From a virus (lineage: Duplodnaviria > Caudoviricetes), in IMG/VR virus record IMGVR_UViG_3300044983_000185, positions 1-43,690 of that record: a stretch of 43,690 bases of DNA, one strand, 5' to 3'. Below the pieces are notes generated by a model. It was not told the origin of the DNA. It saw only the letters and a program-made list of their open reading frames with translations, and ran no database searches. Positions 1 through 9,573 of this stretch are shown here, piece after piece. Position numbers and translations under genes: made by a program. Each line of letters begins with the position of its first letter. Within the stretch, counting starts at the first letter, position 1.

Positions 1-127
1 CAAGACTGTTTCACCGCGCACACGGTGCCGCTGGAGCGAGAGCCGATCTACCTCGTGCGGGGCGGGGACTACCGCGGCAATCCGCGGGGGACCGGCGCGC
101 GCGTGCACACGCGGCCGGAGTTGTGGG
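1..127. repeat. Terminal direct repeat, identical to 43564-43690 (circular assembly overlap)
   Basis: Exact 127-bp identity of the two ends; an ORF reads through the junction; 127 is a common assembler k-mer. Confidence 0.95.
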
Positions 128-183
128 TCGAACAGTTCGCGGAGCATCAGGACGCACTCGCGGGGGTGAAGCAGCGTGGCTAA
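1..183 (+). CDS. 3' part of a hypothetical tail-region protein that starts at 43303 and spans the junction (147 aa)
   Basis: Frame continuous from GTG 43303 through the overlap to TAA 181-183. Confidence 0.8.
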   Translation, partial: QDCFTAHTVPLEREPIYLVRGGDYRGNPRGTGARVHTRPELWVEQFAEHQDALAGVKQRG

Positions 184-400
184 GCGGGTCATGAAGTCGA
201 ACGAGGTTGACGTCCTTGTCAAGAAGCTGCTGATGGAGAGCGGCGTAGATCCTAAGGCACTGTTCAGGGCCGCGAACCAGTACAGCATCGAGCGCTCGCT
301 GTATGACGTGCCCGTGCTCGTGGTCCGTATCCCGCTCTGGACTTCGATGCCGCAAGAGTCTGACGTGCCTTCACCAAAACCAGATCAAGGAGGGCAGTAG
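176..400 (+). CDS. Hypothetical protein (74 aa)
   Basis: ORF overlaps the upstream stop and fills the gap in the tail operon. Confidence 0.6.
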   Translation: MAKRVMKSNEVDVLVKKLLMESGVDPKALFRAANQYSIERSLYDVPVLVVRIPLWTSMPQESDVPSPKPDQGGQ

Positions 401-402
401 CC

Positions 403-810
403 ATTTCCAAGGAAAACGGACTGGGCTGGACCACCCTATCGGTGGACAACTCGGGCGGATCGGTCAACGCGATCAAGAACGACATCACCAACCTGAGCTT
501 CGGCACGCCGCGCGCCGTGCAGGACATCACCGGCGTCGACAAGAGCGCGTTCGAGCGCCTGCTTCTGCTGGCCGACATGACCGTCACGCTCAACGGCGTC
601 TTCAACGACGCGAGCAACCTGAGCCATGACACGTTCAAGACGGTGCCGTCCACGAGCGTCAACCGCACGACCACGCTCGTCGTGAGCGGGCAGACCCTGG
701 CAGGCGAGTTGCTCTACACGGACTACAGCTTCCAGCGCTCGCAGGCCGGCGAGCTGACGTTCACCGCGCCTGGCGTGCTGGCCGATGGCACCGTCCCTAC
801 CTGGGCATAG
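403..810 (+). CDS. Probable major tail (tube) protein, likely ATT start
   Basis: Precedes chaperone and tape measure genes; QDITGVD motif; SD AAGGAGG 387-393 before in-frame ATT 403; N-terminus SKENGLG parallels MAKQSGLG of the 42574 gene. Confidence 0.75.
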   Translation: MSKENGLGWTTLSVDNSGGSVNAIKNDITNLSFGTPRAVQDITGVDKSAFERLLLLADMTVTLNGVFNDASNLSHDTFKTVPSTSVNRTTTLVVSGQTLAGELLYTDYSFQRSQAGELTFTAPGVLADGTVPTWA

Positions 811-820
811 AGGATCATCA

Positions 821-1186
821 ATGGGATTTCGCCTCAACCGCGTGTACGAACTCCGCTGGGAGAAAGGGGACCTTGCCGGCCTCGAGGTCGACATCCGCAA
901 GACGACCGTGGACGTCGTCGAGCAGATCCGCAGCGCGGTCACCAACGAAGACTTCGGCGCGCTGCTGGCCGGCCACGTCCTGCGCTGGAACTACGAGGAC
1001 GCGGAAGGCAATCCCGTGCCGGTCGAGGCGGCGGCCATCTTCGCGAACCTGGAGCGGGAGGAACTCGTCGCAATCGGCTCGGCCTGGTACGAGGCCGCGG
1101 TAGGCGTGACCGCCCCTTTGGATCGCGGCTCGACCTCTGGCGAGTTGTCCCCGGAGGAGTCGACCTTCGAGACGGAACCCTTGTAG
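821..1186 (+). CDS. Tail assembly chaperone (gpG-like)
   Basis: Between tail tube and tape measure genes; slippery heptamer near the 3' end. Confidence 0.8.
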   Translation: MGFRLNRVYELRWEKGDLAGLEVDIRKTTVDVVEQIRSAVTNEDFGALLAGHVLRWNYEDAEGNPVPVEAAAIFANLEREELVAIGSAWYEAAVGVTAPLDRGSTSGELSPEESTFETEPL

Positions 1187-1353
1187 AGAAGCCGGAGGAA
1201 CTGGCGCAAGCGGAGTTCTACCTCAGCATCCTGCGCGCGTTCCCCGGTTACACGTTCTCGACGCTGATGGCCGAGGACGCGCAGTTCTTGCAGATGCTGG
1301 CCGTCGAATCAAGGTACCAGGGGGAAGGGGGTGACATAGACGATGGACAATGA
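1114..1353 (+). CDS. -1 frameshift extension of the tail chaperone (gpGT-like)
   Basis: C CCT TTG heptamer at 1114-1120; -1 frame open to TGA 1351-1353 (PFGSRLDLWRVV...YLSILRAFPGYTFSTLMAED). Confidence 0.75.
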   Translation, partial: PFGSRLDLWRVVPGGVDLRDGTLVEKPEELAQAEFYLSILRAFPGYTFSTLMAEDAQFLQMLAVESRYQGEGGDIDDGQ

Positions 1354-3151
1354 AGTCCGGATCAAGGTCGTTGTCGATGATTCCGGCGTGGACGGCGGCT
1401 TCAACGACGTCCGCACCAAAGCCGACAAGGCCGGGGAGAGGATCGTCGGCGATGCCGACAAGCGGTTGCGCGACGCAAAAGGCCGCTTCGTCGCAGTCGG
1501 CGGCGCGCTCGGTGATGGCCTGGGGGACGGGCTCGGCGACGGCCTGAAAAAGAAGGCGCCCAAGCTCGGCTCGGACGTGGCCGGCGGCTTCGGCAAGAGC
1601 TTCCTGTCTGGCATCGGGCCTCTCGGCCCACAGATGGCTGTCGGCCTCGCCGCTGCAGCGCCACTGCTCGGCGCCGCGATCTCCGCGGGAGTCATCGGCG
1701 GCGCCGGCATCGGTGGCGTGCTCGGTGGCGTCATTCTCGTATCCACTGACCCGCGCGTGGCCGCGGCCGGCAAGGCGCTCGGCCAGACGCTGCTGGGTGA
1801 CCTGAAGAAGGACGCCAAGCCGTTCATCGAACCGGTGCTCGACGCAATCGCCATGATCGAGTTCAAGTTCAAGGCGATGGGTTCGACGATCAGCGACATC
1901 TTCGCGAAGTCGTCCGGCTTCCTCAAGCCACTGGTCAGCGGTATTACCAGTGCGATGGGCAGCATCACCGAAGGTATCGATGCCCTCGTGCGCCGGGGTG
2001 GCCCCGTGATGGAATCGATCGGCAAGCTGATCTCCGGGGTAGGTGACAGCGTCGGCCAGGCGCTTGAGATCATCTCCGGTGGTAGCGAGGATGCGGCCAC
2101 CGCGCTGGATGACCTGAGCGCGGTCATTCAAGTCGTCGTCCTCGGTGTCGGCTACCTGGTCCGCGGACTGACCGAACTGTGGGGCTTCATCTCCTTCCTG
2201 CCCCACAAGGTGGGCGAGGCCGAGCGTTCGTTCCTCGGCTGGAATGAGGAAATGGTCGCGACCAACGAAACCGCCACGGTGGCGGCGGCGGTGGTCAAGC
2301 AGGTCGGTATGGTCGCGCTGAGCACCGGCGAGGCTGCCGGCAAGGCCGGCCTGAATATGCAGACGTTCGGTGAGGAGATGACGGCGGCGGCCAGCAAGGG
2401 GCGAGGGTTCTACGACTCGCAGACCGCCGTTGCGGAGGCGATCGACAACACGCGTGCCGCGCTGAAGAAGAACGGCAAGACGCTCGACGAGGACACGGAG
2501 AAGGGCCGCGCGAACCGCAAGGAGCTCTCCAACCTCGCGGGGCAACTGCTCAACAACGTCGACGCACAGAACAAGCTGGGGGCGTCCAGCAAGGATATGA
2601 GCGCGCTGGCCAACCGCAACCGCGACACCTTCATCCGACTGGCTGAGTCGTTCGGCATGAGCAAGAAGGCTGCCGCCGATCTCGCCGACCAGATGGGCTT
2701 GGTCAAGAGCAAGAAGATCGACTTCACCGTCAACACGCACGACTCCGCCGGTCGCGTCAACGCCGTGCGCAACGCGATGAACGGGGTGCGCAGCAAGACG
2801 GTCACGCTGCGGGTGAATGTTGCAGGTGACGAGGCTCTGCACGGCCACAACGCGCACGGTGGCATCGTCGGCGCGGCAGCCAGTGGAGGCGCCCGTAGCG
2901 GGCGAACGCTCATCAATGAGTACGGACCAGAGCTTGTCGACCTTCCGCCCGGTACGCGGGTTACTTCGGCTCCGGACACTCAGCGAATGATGGATGCTGC
3001 CGCCAACCGCAATGGCGAGATCACGGTTCGGCTGGTCGCGGACCGTAGTGCGGAGCGCGGTTTCGTCGCGGAGGTCATGCGGGTGCTGCGGGCGGAGATC
3101 GCGGACTTCTACGGGGGCAGTGCCCAACTGGCGCTAGGACAGGGCGAATGA
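1343..3151 (+). CDS. Tape measure protein (602 aa)
   Basis: Ala/Gly-rich helical protein after the chaperones; RLRDAKGRF near the N-terminus, INEYGPELV near the C-terminus. Confidence 0.9.
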   Translation: MDNEVRIKVVVDDSGVDGGFNDVRTKADKAGERIVGDADKRLRDAKGRFVAVGGALGDGLGDGLGDGLKKKAPKLGSDVAGGFGKSFLSGIGPLGPQMAVGLAAAAPLLGAAISAGVIGGAGIGGVLGGVILVSTDPRVAAAGKALGQTLLGDLKKDAKPFIEPVLDAIAMIEFKFKAMGSTISDIFAKSSGFLKPLVSGITSAMGSITEGIDALVRRGGPVMESIGKLISGVGDSVGQALEIISGGSEDAATALDDLSAVIQVVVLGVGYLVRGLTELWGFISFLPHKVGEAERSFLGWNEEMVATNETATVAAAVVKQVGMVALSTGEAAGKAGLNMQTFGEEMTAAASKGRGFYDSQTAVAEAIDNTRAALKKNGKTLDEDTEKGRANRKELSNLAGQLLNNVDAQNKLGASSKDMSALANRNRDTFIRLAESFGMSKKAAADLADQMGLVKSKKIDFTVNTHDSAGRVNAVRNAMNGVRSKTVTLRVNVAGDEALHGHNAHGGIVGAAASGGARSGRTLINEYGPELVDLPPGTRVTSAPDTQRMMDAAANRNGEITVRLVADRSAERGFVAEVMRVLRAEIADFYGGSAQLALGQGE

Positions 3152-6126
3152 CAGCATTCTGGACACCTGATGACATTACTGCCGAATTCCAGATCGACGG
3201 GTCGTACACGCAGTACTACGACATCTACGACCTGTCGACACGCGTGCGCGGCAGTGACGCCATCCGCATCACCCGCGGCACCGCGGACCAGCAGAGCGCA
3301 TTCAGCCCGGGTAGCGCGGCATTCAGCCTGAACAATCGCGACGGCCTGTTCTGCGGGGACAACCCGAACTCTGTGCTCTATAACAAGATCGGCATCAACA
3401 GCAGGGTGAGGCTGGGCATCCAGAGGAACGCCCAATGGGACGAGGCGTGCCGCCTGCCCGAGGCGTACGAGGCGATGACCGACACGCATCGCGCGGTCAC
3501 CCTCGATCAGGCATCGCTGGACATCACCGGTGACATCGATGTCAGGATGGAGTTCACGCCGAACTACACCCGCGGCAAGCGGCAGACGCTGGGCGGGAAG
3601 TACCAGAAGAGTGGCAACCAGCGCTCGTGGATTCTGGAACTCGGCGCTGACGGCCGGTTCGCGTTCACGCACTCCACGGACGGCACGCTCGCCGGCGAGC
3701 TGACCAACACGATCTCGTCCTCGGCTGCCCTGGCCGTCAACGCCGGCCGGCAGGCGATCCGAGTCACCATGGACGTCAACAACGGTGCCGGCGGCCGTGA
3801 CTACAAGTGGTACACGTCCGACTCGATCACCGGAACATGGACGCTTGTGTCGTCAACTACTGTCGCCGCAACGACATCCATCTATTCCAGCAGTGCGCTG
3901 CCCGAAGTCGGCAGCGTCAACGGCGGCGGCAACAACGATCCGTATGACGACAGTTTCCGGTTCGCGGGAAAGGTCTACTCCTTCCAGGTGTACGACGGCA
4001 TCGGCGGCACGAAGGTCCTCGACTTCACCCCGACCGGCCAGGGGATCGAGACCACCGTATGGGTGGACAACTGCGCGAGCCCGAACACGTGGTTCGTCGT
4101 CGGTGCGAACCTCCGGCTGACCTCCGACCGGGTGCGCGTCACCGGCGAACTCACCTCCCTGCCTTCGCAGTGGGACGGCACCGGCGCCGATGTCTGGATC
4201 CCGTGCACCCTGGCCGGAGTCGGCGCGCGGCTCGGCACGAACAAGGCGCCACTGCGCAGCGCGCTGTATCGCTGGAACACCAATTCGGACAACTGGCCAT
4301 ACGTCGTTGGATACTGGCCACTGGAGGATAACTCCGACGCCGTGCAGGCCGGCGCACCGAACGCGGCCGGCTTCCCCGGCGTGGTCAACGCGGTGACCTT
4401 TACCGAGCCGACCGGCTACCTGACCGGCTCGGCCGGCAGCCTGAAGTTCAGCACCGCGGCCACCTCGTACGCCCAGTTCCGCGGCACGCCGGACGGCACC
4501 TCGGACTACTCATCGATCACGTTCTATTACCGGATCGGCTCGGTGCCGGCCAGCAGCCAGGTGTTCGCGCAGGCGTTCGCGGCGAACGCGGGCTACCGAT
4601 GGGACATCGCCTACAACCTGACCAACGGTGTAACGGTCAGCGTGTATGGGCGCGACGGCGCGCTGCTCGGCACGGCGTACAACACGCTGACAACCGGCAC
4701 GGTCACCGTGCCCGCGGACGGCTGGACGATGTACCAGCTCACCATGTACCAGCAATCTGCAGGAGTGATCAACTGGAACCTGTGGTCCGGAGTTATCCCA
4801 TCCGGGCAGCCAGCGACATTCGTGACTGGCGTCAACCAGCTCGCCGCCGGCGGCCTTACCTACTCCGGCACGGTGGGCAAGGGGTTCTACGGCTTCGACA
4901 TGTACGCGCCGGTGACCGCGTACGAAGGATCCCAGGTCGCGCACGTGACGATCTCGCAGAGCCAGGCCATGCAGATCATCAACGGGATGAGCGACACCGA
5001 TCCCGTGCGCTGGCCGGCCTATGGCAACGCGGGGGAGGCGGCCGGCCAGCGCATCCGGCGCTTGACGGAAGAAGAAGGCATCCGCTTCGACTGGCTGGGC
5101 AATCTCGACGACACGTCGCCGTGCGGTGCGCAGACCGCGGACAACATCGTCACCCTGTGCACGGCGGCGCAGAAGGTGGACGGCGGCATCTTCGGTGAGA
5201 TCCGAGACGTCCTCGGGTTCCGGTACGTCACCCGCAACTACCTCGGCAACCGGCGCGGCCTCGAGCTGTCGTACGGGGACAGCGAACTGTTCGCGACGCC
5301 GGTCGCGCCGGTCGACAACCGTTACACGGTCAACGACTTCACAGCGTCACGAACGCTCGGCAGCAGCGCACGGTACGAAGCGACCGACGACCGGAAGCTG
5401 AACGTCCGCGACCCCGACGACGCCAGTCCGGGTGTTGGCCGGTGGGAGAAGGCGGACACGTTCAACGCGGCCACCGACGACCAACTGCCGACGATCGCGC
5501 AAGGTCAGGTGTCGCTCGGGACGTGGCCGGGCCGGCGCATCCCGAACCTGTCGGTCGCGCTGCACCGCAAACAGATCGCTGACCACGTCACGAAGTACCA
5601 GGATCTGCTGGCCGTGGACTGCGGTGATCCGATCACGCTGACCGACCTGAGCGGCCTGTTCGGCATTCCGCCCGACGACCTACTCATGATCTTGTTCGGG
5701 TACACCGAGATTCTCGGCGGGATGACCGACGAGTGGACGGCGAACACCGTGCCGGGCGGCCCGTATCAGGTGCCGGTGCTCACCGCGAATGACGTGCAGG
5801 GGTATCCGCTGCTGGACGCGGTGACCACGACCGTGGACGGCGCGCACAACACGACTACGACCACGATCGCGATCAAGACGCCGGACACGGAACCGTACTG
5901 GGTATATGCCGCGGCCTACCCGAACGACATCGGTGGAGGCGTCACCCTCGACGCGTCGGTGGCGGGTGAACAGGTGACGATCAGCGCGATCAGCGCGCCG
6001 AGTGCGAGCGGCGGCTTCAATCACCAGAACCTCACCGTCACCCGCTCGGTGAACTCGATCGTGAAAGCGCCCGCCGACGGCGATCCCGTCTTCCTGTACA
6101 CGCCGTTCTACCTCGGATACCAGTAA
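3148..6126 (+). CDS. Large minor tail protein with LamG/concanavalin-like beta domains (992 aa)
   Basis: Follows tape measure; beta-rich; LDITGDIDVR and VGYWPLED motifs. Confidence 0.8.
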   Translation: MTAFWTPDDITAEFQIDGSYTQYYDIYDLSTRVRGSDAIRITRGTADQQSAFSPGSAAFSLNNRDGLFCGDNPNSVLYNKIGINSRVRLGIQRNAQWDEACRLPEAYEAMTDTHRAVTLDQASLDITGDIDVRMEFTPNYTRGKRQTLGGKYQKSGNQRSWILELGADGRFAFTHSTDGTLAGELTNTISSSAALAVNAGRQAIRVTMDVNNGAGGRDYKWYTSDSITGTWTLVSSTTVAATTSIYSSSALPEVGSVNGGGNNDPYDDSFRFAGKVYSFQVYDGIGGTKVLDFTPTGQGIETTVWVDNCASPNTWFVVGANLRLTSDRVRVTGELTSLPSQWDGTGADVWIPCTLAGVGARLGTNKAPLRSALYRWNTNSDNWPYVVGYWPLEDNSDAVQAGAPNAAGFPGVVNAVTFTEPTGYLTGSAGSLKFSTAATSYAQFRGTPDGTSDYSSITFYYRIGSVPASSQVFAQAFAANAGYRWDIAYNLTNGVTVSVYGRDGALLGTAYNTLTTGTVTVPADGWTMYQLTMYQQSAGVINWNLWSGVIPSGQPATFVTGVNQLAAGGLTYSGTVGKGFYGFDMYAPVTAYEGSQVAHVTISQSQAMQIINGMSDTDPVRWPAYGNAGEAAGQRIRRLTEEEGIRFDWLGNLDDTSPCGAQTADNIVTLCTAAQKVDGGIFGEIRDVLGFRYVTRNYLGNRRGLELSYGDSELFATPVAPVDNRYTVNDFTASRTLGSSARYEATDDRKLNVRDPDDASPGVGRWEKADTFNAATDDQLPTIAQGQVSLGTWPGRRIPNLSVALHRKQIADHVTKYQDLLAVDCGDPITLTDLSGLFGIPPDDLLMILFGYTEILGGMTDEWTANTVPGGPYQVPVLTANDVQGYPLLDAVTTTVDGAHNTTTTTIAIKTPDTEPYWVYAAAYPNDIGGGVTLDASVAGEQVTISAISAPSASGGFNHQNLTVTRSVNSIVKAPADGDPVFLYTPFYLGYQ

Positions 6127-6135
6127 AGGGCCGCC

Positions 6136-6678
6136 ATGACGATCACCTATGCAGTCGGCCAGCGCCTCACGGCCGCCCTGCTTCAGCAGATCGCGGACTA
6201 CACGGTCAACCGGCCGTCGCTGACGCTGACGCAGCAGTCGGCGCAGTCCATCTCGAACAACACGACCACCGCGCTGACGTTCGGTGCCGGCTCGGAGGCT
6301 GGTGTCGGCACCTACGCCGGATGGCACTCGACGTCCGTGAACACCTCAAGGATCTCGCCGACCACGGCCGGGTACTACGACGTGGTGTTCGGACTGAGCA
6401 TGGCCGCGCCGTCCGTGTCGTTCTCGCAGCTCCTGGCCGCCGTCGGGGTGACCGGCACGCGCATCCCGCCGCAGCGCACCTCGCGGCCGTCCACCACTAC
6501 GGCGGCGGCCATGACGCTGATCGTCGTGGCGCGGGATGTCTACATGGACGGCACGAGCAGCATGTACATCGAGGGGTACGTCAACCAGCAGCAGAGTTCG
6601 GGCACGGCGGCGCAGAATACTAGTGTGGCGTCCGGGTTCGCCAGCATCCTGCAGGTCATCTGGGCGCGCCCGTTCTAG
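6136..6678 (+). CDS. Minor tail protein / fibre
   Basis: Ser/Thr-rich beta protein with a SRISPTTAGYY-type motif, in the tail operon. Confidence 0.65.
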   Translation: MTITYAVGQRLTAALLQQIADYTVNRPSLTLTQQSAQSISNNTTTALTFGAGSEAGVGTYAGWHSTSVNTSRISPTTAGYYDVVFGLSMAAPSVSFSQLLAAVGVTGTRIPPQRTSRPSTTTAAAMTLIVVARDVYMDGTSSMYIEGYVNQQQSSGTAAQNTSVASGFASILQVIWARPF

Positions 6679-6687
6679 GGAGAGATC

Positions 6688-7095
6688 GTGAGCGAAAAGT
6701 ACGCGGTGGCGCCGCGCACGTGGACGACGATCGGGGATACCGCGGTCGGTGTGCACTACACCGGCCCGGACGGCGACCAGGTTGTGACCACCGACGCGAA
6801 GGGCGCAATCCTGCTGCCTGCGGCCACCGAGCAGGAGTTGCAGGACCCGTGGGGCTATTGGTCGGTCCGGCCCGGCAACGTGCCGGTGCGCCGCGACGGC
6901 GACGACGAGCCCAAGGAGCTGGCCGGCTTCACGATCGACCGCGGCAAGTGGGCGCCGACTGAGCCGGTGACTTACGTCGAGCCGGTTGCGGAGGCGCCCA
7001 CGGTGAAAGGCCCGAGCCCAAAAGCCTCGGACATCGCCCTGGAGAAGTTCGAGGAAGCGCAGGACAAAGCAAGATCGGATAGCGTGAAGGCATGA
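6688..7095 (+). CDS. Hypothetical protein
   Basis: SD GGGAG; overlaps the lysin start (ATGA). Confidence 0.7.
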   Translation: MSEKYAVAPRTWTTIGDTAVGVHYTGPDGDQVVTTDAKGAILLPAATEQELQDPWGYWSVRPGNVPVRRDGDDEPKELAGFTIDRGKWAPTEPVTYVEPVAEAPTVKGPSPKASDIALEKFEEAQDKARSDSVKA

Positions 7096-7979
7096 GCAAC
7101 AGCGCGGAGTATCCGGATCTTCCGTTCGTCGAGCCAGCCGCTTGGGGCAAGGGTCGCGACGGCAAGGGCGTGCGCTACATCGTGATCCACTACACGGCCG
7201 GCGCCGAGCGCTCCACGTCCGCGGAGGACGGCGCAGCGTACGACCGGCGCCGGACGGACGGCACAAGCACGCACTACTTCGTGGACCAGAACTCGATCGT
7301 GCAGTGCGTGCTGACCAAGGACCGCGCAAACGCGGCCCGGCACCGCGGCAACCGGCTCGGCATCCAGTACGAACTGTGCGGCACCGCGCAGACCCGAGCA
7401 CAGTGGCTCGACGCGGCCAGCCTGGCCACCCTGAAGCTGGCCGCAAAGCAGGTGGCGCGCGACTGCCTGAAGTACGACATCCCCGCGCGGCGGCTTACCG
7501 TGGCCGAGACGCGCGCCGCATGGACGAAGTTCCCGGCCGGCCTGAAAGGCATCGTCGGGCATGTCGACGTCACGAACGCCTACCCGGAGGACGGCGGCGA
7601 CCACACCGATCCAGGGACCGGGTTCCCGTGGGATGTCTTCCTCGACCTCGTGCAGACCGAATTGGAGATCATCATGCCCCTGAACGAAGCCGACAAGAAG
7701 TGGATCGACGGCACGGTGACCGGCCGGATCAACGCGGCCGTCAACGCCCTGAGCGCCAACATCGAGAGCGCGATCTCGCAGATCCCCACGGACGTGCTGG
7801 CCGTGAAGATCGTCGACAAGGCGAACCCGGGCCGCACCGTCGGCGACGTCCTGCGGGACGTGGCCAAGTTGCGTGGCGTGCTCGTCGGCGACATCAAGGA
7901 CACGGCGAACGCGGCGATCCCCGCGACCGCGCCGATCTCGCGCGTCATCGCTGCAGCCGAGGAAACTCTGACCGATTAG
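7092..7979 (+). CDS. Endolysin, N-acetylmuramoyl-L-alanine amidase (Amidase_2-like)
   Basis: IVIHYT, STHYFVD, GIQYELCG, GIVGH, HTDPG motifs. Confidence 0.92.
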   Translation: MSNSAEYPDLPFVEPAAWGKGRDGKGVRYIVIHYTAGAERSTSAEDGAAYDRRRTDGTSTHYFVDQNSIVQCVLTKDRANAARHRGNRLGIQYELCGTAQTRAQWLDAASLATLKLAAKQVARDCLKYDIPARRLTVAETRAAWTKFPAGLKGIVGHVDVTNAYPEDGGDHTDPGTGFPWDVFLDLVQTELEIIMPLNEADKKWIDGTVTGRINAAVNALSANIESAISQIPTDVLAVKIVDKANPGRTVGDVLRDVAKLRGVLVGDIKDTANAAIPATAPISRVIAAAEETLTD

Positions 7980-8028
7980 CTCGCCTGAGCTGGACCGATG
8001 ACGACGACCGGGGATAGATGATCAATGC

Positions 8029-8286
8029 ATGAGCGCGCGCACTCGCCGTACGGCCTTCCCCGACCTGATCACCGTGGCCAAGGACCTGATTCTGTTCAGC
8101 ATCGGGACATCGATGATGGTGTATCAAGGCTTCGTCGTGCGAGCCCAGGAGTTCAACCTCTCGATTCTCATCTTCGGAGGAGTGATCGCTGGAGTTCCTG
8201 GGGTGCTCAAGCTCTGGGGGCTGCGAGCCGATATGACCGCGCCGTCATCGCGACCAGCATCGGAGCAGTCGGGGCCGTCATCATGA
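8029..8286 (+). CDS. Small membrane protein (lysis cassette)
   Basis: Two hydrophobic segments, directly after the lysin. Confidence 0.7.
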   Translation: MSARTRRTAFPDLITVAKDLILFSIGTSMMVYQGFVVRAQEFNLSILIFGGVIAGVPGVLKLWGLRADMTAPSSRPASEQSGPSS

Positions 8287-8311
8287 TCGTGATCGAGCGC
8301 CTGACCGGAGG

Positions 8312-8569
8312 ATGATGAGCGACGAAGGAAAGGCCTGGCGTCGTCTGGCCGGCACACACGAGAAGGTGCCGATCTGGTACATCGCGGTCGTGCTGTTCAT
8401 CTCCGCGACACTCATGGGCGCGGTCGCGTTCGGCATGGTGGTCCGCAGCGAACGCAAATGGTGCAGGCTGCTGATCATCCTGGAACAGCCGTCAAGCCCG
8501 CCGACGACGGAACGCGGCGTCAAGATCGCGCAGGAGATCAGCAACCTGAGGCGAGACTTCGGCTGCTGA
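8312..8569 (+). CDS. Single-TM membrane protein (lysis cassette)
   Basis: SD GGAGG; one TM segment; Cys pair. Confidence 0.7.
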   Translation: MMSDEGKAWRRLAGTHEKVPIWYIAVVLFISATLMGAVAFGMVVRSERKWCRLLIILEQPSSPPTTERGVKIAQEISNLRRDFGC

Positions 8570-8595
8570 CCTGGGCGACATGCCATACTGCGTCC

Positions 8596-8925
8596 ATGAA
8601 GATCTTCGGCCGTGAACCGGCCCTCATCATCTCCACCATCGGCGCGGTGGTCGCGTTCCTCGTCTCCGTCGGACTCGACTCCGGCGTGGGCAGCGCGGTC
8701 GTCGCCTTCATCACCGCAATCATCGTCGCGGCCACCACGCGGCCGATCGCGCCGGCGCTGTTCACCGCGATCCTCGCACCCGCGGCGGCTCTGGCCGCGG
8801 AGTTCGGGCTGGACTGGACGGATGCTCAGGTCGGCGCGGCTGCCGGCATCGTGCTCGCTGCGTTCGCGCTGTTCGGCATCCGTCCTCAGGTCACACCGAT
8901 CTCGGATCCCAAGCCGATCCGATAG
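8596..8925 (+). CDS. Holin
   Basis: MKIFGREPAL N-terminus, about 4 hydrophobic segments, RPQVTP C-terminus typical of actinophage holins; CATACT -10 six nt upstream. Confidence 0.8.
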   Translation: MKIFGREPALIISTIGAVVAFLVSVGLDSGVGSAVVAFITAIIVAATTRPIAPALFTAILAPAAALAAEFGLDWTDAQVGAAAGIVLAAFALFGIRPQVTPISDPKPIR

Positions 8926-8926
8926 G

Positions 8927-8951
8927 GGAAGGGCGCGTCGCCGGCCCTTCC
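8927..8951. terminator. Hairpin between convergent operons
   Basis: GGAAGGGC/GCCCTTCC inverted repeat. Confidence 0.55.
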
Positions 8952-8995
8952 CTGCGGAGTTCTCGAAGCTCCGCCTGCCGGTGACGCGCCCAGCT

Positions 8996-9325
8996 CTACG
9001 ACAGGTAGCGACGGACGTAATGTCGGATCGCCCGCGACGTCTTGCCGAGCCGACGACCGATCTCCTTCTGTAGCAAACCCTGCTCCCGCATGATCGCTAT
9101 CTGCTTGATCAGTGCATGTGTCTCGGGTGAGAGCGGTCGCCCAGGTGGACGCCCGGCGCGCTCATCAGCGATGTAGCGCTGTACGGTGCGCCTGCTGATC
9201 CGCAGTTCGTGCGCAATCTGCCAGGCGTAGTAGCCTCGCCGCCTCAGGTTCATGGCCATCTGCCGCCTGTCGAGCACGGCATCGACGGCGCTGCTCATGT
9301 CGGTGCGGGGCGCCATCAAGATCAC
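8996..9325 (-). CDS. Double helix-turn-helix DNA-binding protein
   Basis: AWQIAHELRISRRTVQRYI and QKEIGRRLGKTSRAIRHYV. Confidence 0.8.
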   Translation of the reverse strand: MILMAPRTDMSSAVDAVLDRRQMAMNLRRRGYYAWQIAHELRISRRTVQRYIADERAGRPPGRPLSPETHALIKQIAIMREQGLLQKEIGRRLGKTSRAIRHYVRRYLS

Positions 9326-9573
9326 CTCCGGAAGATCTCGTCGTGTGGACAGGGCGTGAGACAGGCGTCAAGGACGTACTCCCACGCGGCCGCGAAGATG
9401 ATCGAGCCTCGCCCGCGTTCCGGGCAGTACATGCGCCAGATGCCTTCACGCTTCACGATCCGGTGCTTGCGCCTGTCGACGAGGAACGGCACGTCACGGA
9501 CGTTTTCCCAATTCCAAGTGCGCGGGTCACGACTGGCGTCCAGGTACATGCGCCTTACGAGCCCCTGCTTCAT
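9322..9573 (-). CDS. Hypothetical protein
   Basis: Start/stop overlaps with neighbours on both sides. Confidence 0.65.
   Translation of the reverse strand: MKQGLVRRMYLDASRDPRTWNWENVRDVPFLVDRRKHRIVKREGIWRMYCPERGRGSIIFAAAWEYVLDACLTPCPHDEIFRR

Noticed and set aside
1-127. Terminal repeat as a biological genome end
   Set aside because: Length equals a common assembler k-mer and it falls mid-gene; treated as circular overlap
1223-3127. Long antisense ORFs (also 11437-12933, 19794-21128, 23819-25174, 25187-26701)
   Set aside because: Shadow ORFs opposite real high-GC genes, with no motifs
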